A DNA stretch of 63,832 nucleotides from contig DASTLQ010000016.1 in the NCBI GenBank assembly GCA_035714785.1, forward strand, positions 1 through 63,832, written 5' to 3'. The stretch comes from Minisyncoccota bacterium (GTDB taxonomy: Bacteria > Patescibacteriota > Minisyncoccia > Phycocordibacterales > UBA9973). The translations under genes and the position numbers were made by a program. Below the pieces are notes generated by a model. The model had not been told where the DNA came from. It saw only the letters and a program-made list of their open reading frames with translations, and searched no databases. Shown here one piece after another: positions 1-10,200 of this stretch (positions are counted from its first letter, which is position 1; the number at the start of each line of letters is the position of its first letter).

Positions 1-8
1 ATTTGTTT

Positions 9-983
9 TTACCAGGAAATTTTATTATCCCATGAGGCCAATAATGATGACACCTGTTTTAGGTTTCCCCCGAACCCTCTTAAGGATTGCGCTTGCGACC
101 AAAAAATAGTTGGCGTATCGTCATGATATTGACCGACACAATTCTCAGCAATGGGATGATTTTCTTCGGAAACAGGAATTGGCTGGAAATAACTATTCTC
201 GTCTGCTTTAACAACCAACTCTTCTCCTTCTGTAGTCAGAAGATAGAAATAGTTTGGTTGAAGGGTCGGCATAACCCTTCTAAATGTTGCAATTTTTCCA
301 TCAGAGTTAAGACTCCATTCAAAATGGCGTAATTTTTCCCGGGAAATAGAGTATTTAAATACCCTATATACCTGATCAGAACATATCGCTAACCACCACC
401 TTCCTTCTTTATTAGGAAAAGGGCCTAGTATTTCAACGATATTAAATCTACTCTCAGGTTCGCAAGGAAAGAAAGGTGTTGGATGTGGGTCTATACCACG
501 AACCCTCTCATCCTGTAGACTATTGCGATCCGTATATTCACCAATCTTGTGTATATACATTTCTTTGCGACCACTACAGAATCCGATACTATTACACGAA
601 AATACAAAATGCTTACTAAAGGCTCCATCGCTAGTATAAAGCTGAGTAATCAAATCAAATATTTCGTTTCCACCGGTAGAAAATAATTCATACTTCCCAT
701 ATTTGCACCCTTGAGTCAAAACAATAAATTTATCACTTGTTGTTTTTAATATAATCACCTTTCCATCCAAGAAATGCTTATAGCTCACAAACAGTGTCTT
801 TTGATTGTGTGGCATTAATTCTTTGTCATCCAAAAGAACGATAAATGGTTTTGGTAATGGAATAATGATTTTATTATCATTAAAAAAACCCCAAGAATCC
901 TCAAGTGCTATAGTTTTTATAGCTGGAACACGAATTCTTTCTGACATAACCGGTTGTATCAGGAGATTGAATCTTGTTTCCAT
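9..983 (-). CDS. hypothetical protein (324 aa from METRFN start)
   Basis: Long ORF 9..1073. I prefer the ATG at 983 (METRFNLLIQ...) because the 30 upstream codons are low-complexity. No motif I recognise. Confidence 0.5.
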   Translation of the reverse strand: METRFNLLIQPVMSERIRVPAIKTIALEDSWGFFNDNKIIIPLPKPFIVLLDDKELMPHNQKTLFVSYKHFLDGKVIILKTTSDKFIVLTQGCKYGKYELFSTGGNEIFDLITQLYTSDGAFSKHFVFSCNSIGFCSGRKEMYIHKIGEYTDRNSLQDERVRGIDPHPTPFFPCEPESRFNIVEILGPFPNKEGRWWLAICSDQVYRVFKYSISREKLRHFEWSLNSDGKIATFRRVMPTLQPNYFYLLTTEGEELVVKADENSYFQPIPVSEENHPIAENCVGQYHDDTPTIFWSQAQSLRGFGGNLKQVSSLLASWDNKISW

Positions 984-1099
984 TTTTTTTTCCTTTTTTT
1001 GTGAAATGACTTTTTTATATAATAACATACTTTTGTAATAATGTAAAATTATCGTATTGTTACTGTAAAGCAAATAAATCTTTAATAATGGAGGTTCAG

Positions 1100-1240
1100 A
1101 TGCACATAGAAATTGAAAAAGAAACCGATGAAGAATTGAACAATAGGGAAATTTCCGAAGAGAAAATGGAGTTGAGAGAGAGGACGAAAATTGTTAAAAA
1201 ATTTGTCGAATTTCGTGGAAAAACCCCTACCCCAAGGTAA
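1100..1240 (+). CDS. possible small acidic protein (46 aa, MHIEIEKETDEEL...)
   Basis: Below the ORF-track cutoff. GGAGG at 1090-1094 lies 5 nt upstream of ATG 1100. TAA 1238-1240 sits inside a terminator hairpin. Alternative ATG at 1088. Confidence 0.3.
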   Translation: MHIEIEKETDEELNNREISEEKMELRERTKIVKKFVEFRGKTPTPR

Positions 1241-1256
1241 CACTTGGGGCGTTTTA
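1230..1256 (+). terminator. intrinsic terminator-like hairpin
   Basis: CCCCAAG-gtaaca-CTTGGGG (1230-1249) followed by cgTTTTaaaTTT. Confidence 0.5.
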
Positions 1257-1274
1257 AATTTATACTATCGCTTA

Positions 1275-2483
1275 CTACCTCTTATTAAACGCTTCCTTTG
1301 GAGAAAGGCCTGTAGCGCGGTGAGCGGGCCACCAGCCTGAAACAAAGCCAATAATGGCAGAAATGGCTAGGACGAGTCCTACGAACCACCACGGCACCAT
1401 AAAGAGCTCTATGGCTTTCCCGCCAAATCTTTGTGAAAAGATTGTAAGCACAATATTTAAAATTTTACCTGCCCCGATTCCGAGAGCTACTCCTCCTAAG
1501 CCCCCCAAGAGTCCCATGATAGATGCTTCCACTAAAAATAGATTTCGCACATTGTAGTCTGTCGCGCCGAGAGATTTCAAAATTCCAACTTCATATATTC
1601 TTTCCAAAAATCCGACTAGCATGGTGTTAAACATTCCGATAGCCGAAACCACCAAGGCCGTCACTCCAAACACTCCCAGAATCATAGTCAAAATGTTTGT
1701 AATCTTTCTAGCTTGAGTCACTAGGTCGATACGTGCAGATACTAAAAATCCTTGTTCCAAAAGATTGTCACGCAACTTTTCAATCACTTCAGTATTGTCT
1801 GCTTTGACCATCATCTTTGTGTAATACGGACGAGTTTCTGTCAGAGCTTCTGAAAAAATAATAGCGGTAGTGGTGTCATCATTTATGATACCCATTATCG
1901 GAATCTGTCCGCGAGAATGTACTTCGTCAAAAGTGCTTGATACTTCGTCTTCAAAAAATACTGTAAATTCTAGTGGGGTCCCAAGTGCGGTTTCATCAGC
2001 TTCCATACCAAGAGCAATCAATGTCTGGCTTGAAATCACCAGACCATTTTCCCCTTCAACTGGCGCTTTTCCGATGTCTGGTACCAATCCAGACAATCTA
2101 AAATAAGATGGCTCAATAATACGCACATTGATTAGAACGCCAGTACTATCGATCGCTCCCTCATTTACTTCTCCAGGAAATTCGGACACTGGGCTTACTT
2201 CTGCCACATCTTCGTATTCTCGGATTTCCGCTAGTGTATGTTCGCGAATTAAAATATTTCTTTCTGATGGATAAAAGACTTCCATGCTGATCAAGGAATC
2301 TTCGGTAGTCATCAGTTTACCAATCAAAATATATTGCAAACCATATCCCAATGAAACGAGTAAAAGCACGGTGGCAATTCCCACCGACATACCAGCAATA
2401 GTCAGGATAGCTCGCTGAGGCTTATTCCTAAATGAACGCAACGATAGAGAAAACAATTCTTTTGCTTTTAGGTTTTCTGACAT
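1275..2483 (-). CDS. ABC transporter permease, FtsX/MacB type (402 aa)
   Basis: N-terminal TM helix, roughly 200-aa extracytoplasmic domain, then three C-terminal TM helices typical of the FtsX domain. ATG lies 8 nt after the stop of the upstream ATPase gene. Confidence 0.85.
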   Translation of the reverse strand: MSENLKAKELFSLSLRSFRNKPQRAILTIAGMSVGIATVLLLVSLGYGLQYILIGKLMTTEDSLISMEVFYPSERNILIREHTLAEIREYEDVAEVSPVSEFPGEVNEGAIDSTGVLINVRIIEPSYFRLSGLVPDIGKAPVEGENGLVISSQTLIALGMEADETALGTPLEFTVFFEDEVSSTFDEVHSRGQIPIMGIINDDTTTAIIFSEALTETRPYYTKMMVKADNTEVIEKLRDNLLEQGFLVSARIDLVTQARKITNILTMILGVFGVTALVVSAIGMFNTMLVGFLERIYEVGILKSLGATDYNVRNLFLVEASIMGLLGGLGGVALGIGAGKILNIVLTIFSQRFGGKAIELFMVPWWFVGLVLAISAIIGFVSGWWPAHRATGLSPKEAFNKR

Positions 2484-2491
2484 TTAATATA

Positions 2492-3838
2492 TTATAACTT
2501 TTTTAAAGAGTTTTCGCTAGAATCTGTATCCTTTTTTGTCTCTTCTTCAGCCTCAGGCACTTCTTCTCCCAAGAGAATTTCCAATTTTTCAGATATAAGC
2601 TTTGCTGCGCGGAAAGAAAGACCCGCGCCAAATTTTTTAACCGAAAGATTAAGCACTTCTGCTACTTTCCCTGAATCGATACTACCCTTTAATCGATCTG
2701 CAATCACTTCTTCAATAGCAATCACCTGCATATCCGAAAGTTTTCCAGCATAATCCTCCACAATCCATTTTCTAATATGGTGAATTTCTTCCTTGATAGG
2801 TAGCTCGGGAGATTTTTCAATAATATTGTGAACATGATGAATATCTTCTCTCCGTTCTATTACGCTCTCTATGTACTCAGTCACTCTCTCGCTTTTCTTT
2901 TTCCAAAGTCCCACTCCACCATCTTTAAATGGTCTGTTGATTTTTACTTTAAATTCAGCCTTTGTGATTTTGTTTTCAAATCTTTCACCAACTAAAATTT
3001 CAAAACGATTGATCTCATCCATAGAGTATCCGCGAAGCAAGAAGTTTGCCAAAAGGCGGGCTGACATCTTTTCTTCTGTAGCATGATCGGATCCACCAGA
3101 GAGCTGTTTGTAAAGATTTTTTGAAAGTGACTCTGCCACATTTTTGTTCTCTACTCGCTCCTCATCTGTGATCACTCCGTCTTTCATATGAAAGATTGTT
3201 TTCACATCGCGCAAGCTCCACGCTTCGTGGGTGACCATGATGATGGTTCGTCCGTCTTTTTCGTTGAGTTCTCTCAAAAATTTAAGTACGTTTTGAGCGT
3301 TGGCAGAGTCGAGGTTTCCGAGTGGCTCGTCGGCGATGATTATCGGAGGGTCGTTTGCCAGTGCGCGTGCAATACCTACTCGCTGTTGCTGTCCTCCAGA
3401 GAGCTCATTTGGGTAGCGATCAGCATATTCAGCTATGTTTAAACGCACTAGGAGCTTCATGGCCTCGATTTCAGCCTTTTCAGAGGTAATCCCAACAAAG
3501 AGCATTGGCAACGCCACATTCTTCAAAATATTAAGCGAAGGCACCAAGTTGAATTGTTGGAAGACGATCCCGATTCCTGTCTGACGAAACATCGCCAACT
3601 CTTGGTTTGTTAGCGTTGAAATATCGTGCCCATTGATGGCGATACTTCCTTCCTGGAAACGATCGATCCCAGAGATGGCGTAGAGCATCGTAGTCTTTCC
3701 ACATCCGGACGGCCCGAAAAAGGCGACATAGTCTCCTCGAGTAATTTCAATATTGACGTTATTTAAAGCATGAACTTCTGTGGACTTTCCTTTCTCATAC
3801 CATAAATTAACATTCTCTATTTTAATGATTGAGTCCAT
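2492..3838 (-). CDS. ABC transporter ATP-binding protein (MacB/LolD-like) with about 220-aa C-terminal extension
   Basis: Walker A GPSGCGKTT, signature LSGGQQQRV, Walker B IIIADEP, H-loop VTHE. Residues from about 225 to 448 are an extra charged helical region with no motif I recognise. Confidence 0.9.
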   Translation of the reverse strand: MDSIIKIENVNLWYEKGKSTEVHALNNVNIEITRGDYVAFFGPSGCGKTTMLYAISGIDRFQEGSIAINGHDISTLTNQELAMFRQTGIGIVFQQFNLVPSLNILKNVALPMLFVGITSEKAEIEAMKLLVRLNIAEYADRYPNELSGGQQQRVGIARALANDPPIIIADEPLGNLDSANAQNVLKFLRELNEKDGRTIIMVTHEAWSLRDVKTIFHMKDGVITDEERVENKNVAESLSKNLYKQLSGGSDHATEEKMSARLLANFLLRGYSMDEINRFEILVGERFENKITKAEFKVKINRPFKDGGVGLWKKKSERVTEYIESVIERREDIHHVHNIIEKSPELPIKEEIHHIRKWIVEDYAGKLSDMQVIAIEEVIADRLKGSIDSGKVAEVLNLSVKKFGAGLSFRAAKLISEKLEILLGEEVPEAEEETKKDTDSSENSLKKL

Positions 3839-4286
3839 TCAGATTGTCTGTAAACGAAATAATTTCCTTTGGCATTAATTCCCCTTTGACCAAGTATCCA
3901 TCTATCCCGAGTTCATGAAATTCGTACTCGATCAGTTTTTCTTTTTGGCCAGAGAAAATAATAATCTTTGTGTGATGAAGACTTTTGTTGTGCTTAATTT
4001 TTTTTACAAACTCGAGACTGCGCTTTATGCGCTCATCTGGGCTGTTTTTCCCAGTCTTTAGGGAAACCATCACATCCATGTAAATCACATCAGGATGGGC
4101 TCCTTCTTCGATCATCTTCTCCGCCTCATCAAACGATGAGGCGATGACGATATCATATGCATCACTCCTACCGTGCACCCAAAAGATATCCCTAAAATAT
4201 ATTTTCATCATTTCATCGTCGTCGATGAAAAGTATTTTTGTTTTTTTAGCTAATTTTATTGGTCGCTCTCGTGTGAATGTATGCAT
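3822..4286 (-). CDS. stand-alone response-regulator receiver domain protein (154 aa)
   Basis: ILFIDDDE acidic pocket, phosphoacceptor-like YMDV, IIFSG (Ser) and YLVKG (Lys). No output domain. Overlaps the ATPase gene by 17 nt and starts 1 nt after the giant gene stop. Confidence 0.8.
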   Translation of the reverse strand: MHTFTRERPIKLAKKTKILFIDDDEMMKIYFRDIFWVHGRSDAYDIVIASSFDEAEKMIEEGAHPDVIYMDVMVSLKTGKNSPDERIKRSLEFVKKIKHNKSLHHTKIIIFSGQKEKLIEYEFHELGIDGYLVKGELMPKEIISFTDNLNGLNH

Positions 4287-4287
4287 A

Positions 4288-7200
4288 TTATCTTACGTTG
4301 TTGATGAAGTTAAAGGTATCATCAAAGTTTTTAAAGATGATGTCGACGATTGATTCAGATTTTCTTGGAGTAATAAAGGTGCGGACTGGTGGCTTAACGG
4401 TATTGTTTGCATCATCCGTAGAAGACACTGCAAACCTATATACTGTTGCTGGCTTCATTGCCGAAAGTATTACCAAGTGATTCTTGGTCAATTCAGGATT
4501 TACTATTTTTCCTGAAAGCTCTTTGGTCGAAGATCCTGAACCTTCTTCGAAGTATACTATAGAATCTGAAGGTTCGTCAGTCTGCCATGAAATGATGGTC
4601 TGTACCCTATCAGTCCTACCTGTCACTAGGTTGCTTTCAACTTTTAGGTTTGAAATGACTGGTGGAGTGCTATCAGTCTGAGTGCGGACCGTAATCGGTG
4701 ACCCACCTTCGATTAGATTTCCTCGAGAATTCAATCCTGAAACAGTCACTTCATAAGAAGTGCCTGGTCGTAGGTTTTGAACGTGTACTGAGTGTGAAGC
4801 GGTTCTAGTTTCGTCAGAGATTCTTGATGTAACTCCGGTCGTCATATTTTTGTACTGGACAATCGAAGTAGAAGGTTCATCGGTATTCCATAGAATCACA
4901 AATGAATCTTTTTTAATATCGATTACTGATGCGCGAATCTTAGGAGCCGCGGTAATAAAGGTGTAGTTCGCAGATTTTCCTATCACTTGTGGAAGTGAAA
5001 ATGCTTTAGCCATAAAGTTATATCTGGTATCAGGTTTTAAGCCGATCAACTGCATTTCATGCTCAAGATTTTTTGCGCTGGTGTCAGAGATTTCTCCAGC
5101 ATAAGGGTTATCCAGATTCCTTGATGCTTCATAGTGTGCTTCGTCTGCAAAGCTAATCAATGGAAAGGCCTTTATATTTGTTTTAAATTTAATCACTGCA
5201 CTATTTTCTGTGATACTTGAAATCTCTGGCCGATCTAGGAATGGAGGCACCAAGGATGGCAAGATGGATTCGATCGCAGCTTCGATTTCTTTTTGGAACT
5301 GTTCTATGTTTTCAATATTCTGAAGTTCATCCATCGTTTCGCTCAAGAATTTTGTCTTAAACACTTGCTCAACTGGAGTGCTAATGTTTCCATATTTATC
5401 CATGGCACTCACTCGAATACTATAATCAGTTCCAAGTGTCAGACCATGAAGTTTGATCGAATGTTTTCTCTCAAAGTTTCTATTTGCTACCGTGAAGTCG
5501 TATATTGTAGTTTTACCGTACTCTACAAATCCCATCGCATCTTTATCAATATCAAAGCTTATGATAGCGCTAAATGGTGTGATCCCTGTAACTTCAAGAT
5601 TAGAAATATTTGGCACTACTTTATCCTGCTCTCCAGCTCTAGCCTTCATTAAATTATATTCTGCCAAAAGAGCATCATATACAGATTGCATCACCCCGGT
5701 AATTCCTCCGCCACTACTAATGATGGTCACCTCTATTTCCGGAGTAGTGAAACTCTGCTCTTCGCTTGTGGCCTTATTTCCTTCAGCATCGGTAGATTCA
5801 ATAATGTAGTAGTACGTGGTCTCTGGGGTAAGTTCGGTGAGAGTAATCAAGTGAGTAACCACTAGATTTGCATTTAGATTTGAACTAGAGCCATGGACTC
5901 CAGATGTAGTTCCATACCATACCTGACCATCTGCTACTTCATTTGTGGTCCATACAATAGCTACAGAGTCAGATGTGACGATAGGAGTAGAAATGTTAGA
6001 AATTACAGGAGGGGAAACATCCTCGACATTTACTGTTCTGGTTGCAGTAGCTATTCCGCCATCTGATCCAGTCACGCGATACGTAATGATATTTCCACTG
6101 GATCCGACGGTAGTATCAATGCTGTTAAGAACTGCTCCGTTTGATGCGGTCATAAATACACTGATTTTTTCAGGGTCAGTAATCGCAGTTACGCCATCTG
6201 CTTCCGTGGCAGTTATTCCTGGATCTACAAATACATTTCCAGTATCAAGATTCATTGGATTGTCTCCGAGGATAGTGATGATAGGAGGAACGATGCTGGA
6301 GTTCACGAATGTCACGCTAATAGTATGCGTTTCGGTGACATTGGTGAATGTGTAGCTCTGTGCAGGTGCAAGACTTATACCATCTACTACTAGAGTAGCT
6401 ACTTCATAATTTTCTTCCGGAGTAATCGTGTATGCCTGGCTGGTAGTAGAAGCCACGGCAGTGACTCCATCTGGCGTAATAGTTCCACCTGCTCCCGCTG
6501 TAGCCGTAATATTGTATGTATCTGCCAAAACCACATTTACTGTTCGTACAGCAGTAGCTACATTTCCTGCCGCATCCTCTACTCTATAAGTAATGGCGTA
6601 GCTTCCTATTGCTGTAGTGTTTACCGTTCCCGTTTTTGTAATCGCGCTTGTTAGATCTCCGTCCACAACATCACTAGCTGTTGCACCAGGATCTACAAAT
6701 GCTTCTCCACGTACTACTGACATCGGATTGTTTCCGAGGATAGTGATAGAAGGTGGAGTAGTGTCTAATTCTTCTACAAGTATAAATGTAACGCTAATGG
6801 TATGAGTATTTATCACATTAGTAAATGTATAAGTAGTTCCAGAAACAAGATTTGCTGTAGGATTTAGACTTACTCCGTCTACTACCAAGGTAGCGACAGC
6901 GTAGCCTTCAGCTGGCGTCACCACGTAAGCTTGGTTCGCCGTAGTCGTGACTGCCGTCACTCCTAGAGGAGTGATGGATCCGTTTGCTCCTGCGCTCGAA
7001 GTAATATCGTATGTAGGAGCGAGGGTGACATTTACTGTACGATCCAAAGTGGCTACATTGTCTGAAGTATCTGTAGAAGTATAGGTGAGAGTATAAGTTC
7101 CGATGGTGGCACTGTCCACACTTCCCGTCACTACAATTCCTTCTGTCAGATCACCGTCAACTGCATCGAGAGAGGTAGCACCTGGATCTACAAAGATAGC

Positions 7201-10200
7201 ATCTCGGTATATGTTCATTGGATTATCGCCGAGCAAAGTAATGACTGGTGCTGTGCCATCCTCATCACTATTTACAATAGTGAGGGTGTGAGTAGTATTC
7301 GCACCTAGGGTGGCATTTACAGGACCGGAAAGTGAAATGATGACTGTCTCATCCGGTTCGATTAATCCGTCACTCACCAACGAAGCTGAAATATTTCCTG
7401 AGACACTTCCGGAAGGAATGACCAATGTTCCGCTTGCCAAAACAAAGTCATCGCCGGCAGTTGCCGTACCACCAGTCACTGCGTAAGCCACACTTACCTC
7501 TTCTCTATAAGAAAATGAAAGGTTTACGGGAATGTTTACAGTTCCTGCACTTTCCGCCGATGAAGATGTGCCCTCTGCAAAAGAAACTGTGGGCGCACCA
7601 TCATTGTCTAGGATTGTATAAGTGAATACAGTATTTCCTCCGAGAGTTGTGTTTACTGGATTTGAAATTGTGATTATTACAGTCTCATCCGATTCACTAG
7701 CTACGTCATCTATTACGTTTAAACTAATATTCCCCGTAGTTTCTCCTGCTAGTAATGTAAACACTCCGTTCGCGAGAGTATAATCTACTGCGCTAGTTGC
7801 TGTACCTGTCACAGCGTAGTTTACAGAAATATCTAGAGGATATGCTCGAGCGACTGAAAGGGGAATCAAAACACTAGCCACCGCCTCGTCACCTGATGCA
7901 CTAGTAGAATCAAATGCAATCGAAGGAGCTGTCAGATCAAAGTTGTTTAGAATTCCGATTTCAGAATAGTCATTGTGTGTTGAGAGTGGTCCAGCAGAAG
8001 GGCTTTGATTGTCATGGACCAACACTCTGATACCTGTGTTTGCATAAGCACTTCCAGCTAGAGCGGTCTCATTAAATGTGTTCCAAGATATCGAGCCATT
8101 TTGTCCAGCAGGGATAGTGGTGTTAGTAATGGCAATCGGAGTTGTCGAATTGGCGAGAATCCAAACTGGGGTTCCTGCAAACAAGGTTGGATTAGTCCTA
8201 GTAGTCCTACCAGAGGTATTTAAATCTGGCCATGTACCACGAGTCAAACCACCTAATACGTTTCCTGTTTTTGTAGTATATTTTATAACTTCATTGTTGA
8301 TTTGAATGTATCCTGATGATGGAAGTTTTGAAGCATTAGACACAGTTAGATTTCCTCCTGACAATGCATTTGCCGGTAACGTGATTCCGATGTTGTAGAA
8401 AATATATGCTTCGTATGAAGGATTGGTTTTCTGTGCATTTGAAGCATCAGTCAATCTATATGTGATGGTGACAGTTTTGTCTGCTTCTTGTATTGGTTCA
8501 ACATTTTCTACGGCAGAGGCACTTGCGACGATTCCTCCTCCCCCTTCGTCGTAGTTTTGCACGCCGTCAGGTTTTGCTGTAGTAAATGCTCCTGCGCGGA
8601 TGGAAACGTTGTCGTTGGTGCCTACTACTCCTAATCGATATCTGTAATAAAGATTTGGATTCAAATTTCTATGAACGAAGTAATTTGTAGTTGGATTACT
8701 ATTCCATGATTCTGCCACAGAAGTGAACGATCCATAGGTGATATTGTCCGCTGATGTAGAGAACTCAAGATTGTATGAACTAAATCCGCTAGCTCCTGCT
8801 GATTCCCAACCTACATAAATGTCGTATGAAGGAATTGCTAAGTTTGAAGCATCTTGCACAAAGAATGATGATGCTGCGATTGGGGCTTGGGTGGAAGTCG
8901 AAACTTCTGCGCTGGTATTTCCAAGCGCATCTCTAAATTGATATTTGATTGTCTTTACCTCTATATCACTATCAAATGTCCACGGGATAGTAGTGCTTTC
9001 AGTAATTGCCGTCCAGCCAGTGTTGGTAGGATTTGAGTGCGTTGCAGAATCATCACTGATTAAATATTCTACAGCAGAAAGATCTGTCGGCATCGGAATA
9101 GTGATAGTGGCAGAGTCTGTAAGTCCTGCTACACCTGCATCAAAAGTTACAGGAGTCACTACTGGTGCTTTCACGTCGAGGGTAAAGTTTGCTGTAGTCG
9201 AAACAGCTGTGCTGTTTGCTGCTTCACCGTCGCTCACCGTCACTCGCACGCGAGCATTATTGATAGAAGTTTCAGGAATAGTTAGGGCAGCATTCCATGT
9301 AGCAGTATGTACTGTGTATGCTGCTTCTTCTACACTTTTTAGAGAAACGTCGCTTGCCCCCAAGTGATCAGATGGAATTGCATTCCATGTACTTCCTCCG
9401 TTTACACTATATTCAAATGATGGAAGAACCTGACCAGGAGTAGCGGTTCCTAAAGTTGCATCTACGTCGCGAACGCTATATGAAATTGCAACTTTAGCAA
9501 AATCAGCACTTCCGGAATCCGTCACCTGACTTGCGGTAGAACCTGATCCTGCTTCTGCAGGATACGAAGTGTTGAAGTTTGGCGCCACGTTTATCACATA
9601 CTTGAAACTGATAGATGTCACTACAGGGCTTACTCCTCCACCTGAGGCAAGGAATACTTTGTATTGTAAGTATCGGTCGTTGTCTCCACCCATCAGAGGA
9701 TGTCCCGCTTGAAGCGACACGTCGTTGTGCGCTTGTTCAAAATAAGTAGAACCCGAACAGTCAGCATAGCCACACCATGAAGTCCAGGTAGAATTATTTG
9801 GGGAAGATCTGACTTGAAACTTCACAGTTTCAGTTCCCGATGTATTTGTAGCTGACCATAAAATTTTTCCAAATAAGCTAGTGGCATCTGCCGTATCAAA
9901 CACAGAAGAAGTAAGGTCTCCGGAAGTATATGTAGTGTAATTGAAAGTAATAGAATCAAACGAAGGAGTTACTGTAATATTACTTGTCGATAAATTTGCT
10001 CGGAACTGTACGTATCGTGCAGGAGCAATTGATGAGATATCTGCACCACTTGCAAGATTTGTCTGCCAGCTAGACCAAGTGCCATCTGGGCTTGGTGTAT
10101 TTCCGGCTCTCACATCGACAGTAATAGTCTGTCCGTATAATACTCTACTATAGTCAACTGTGCTCAAGGACACACTGCTTCCCATATCCACAACCGGAGA

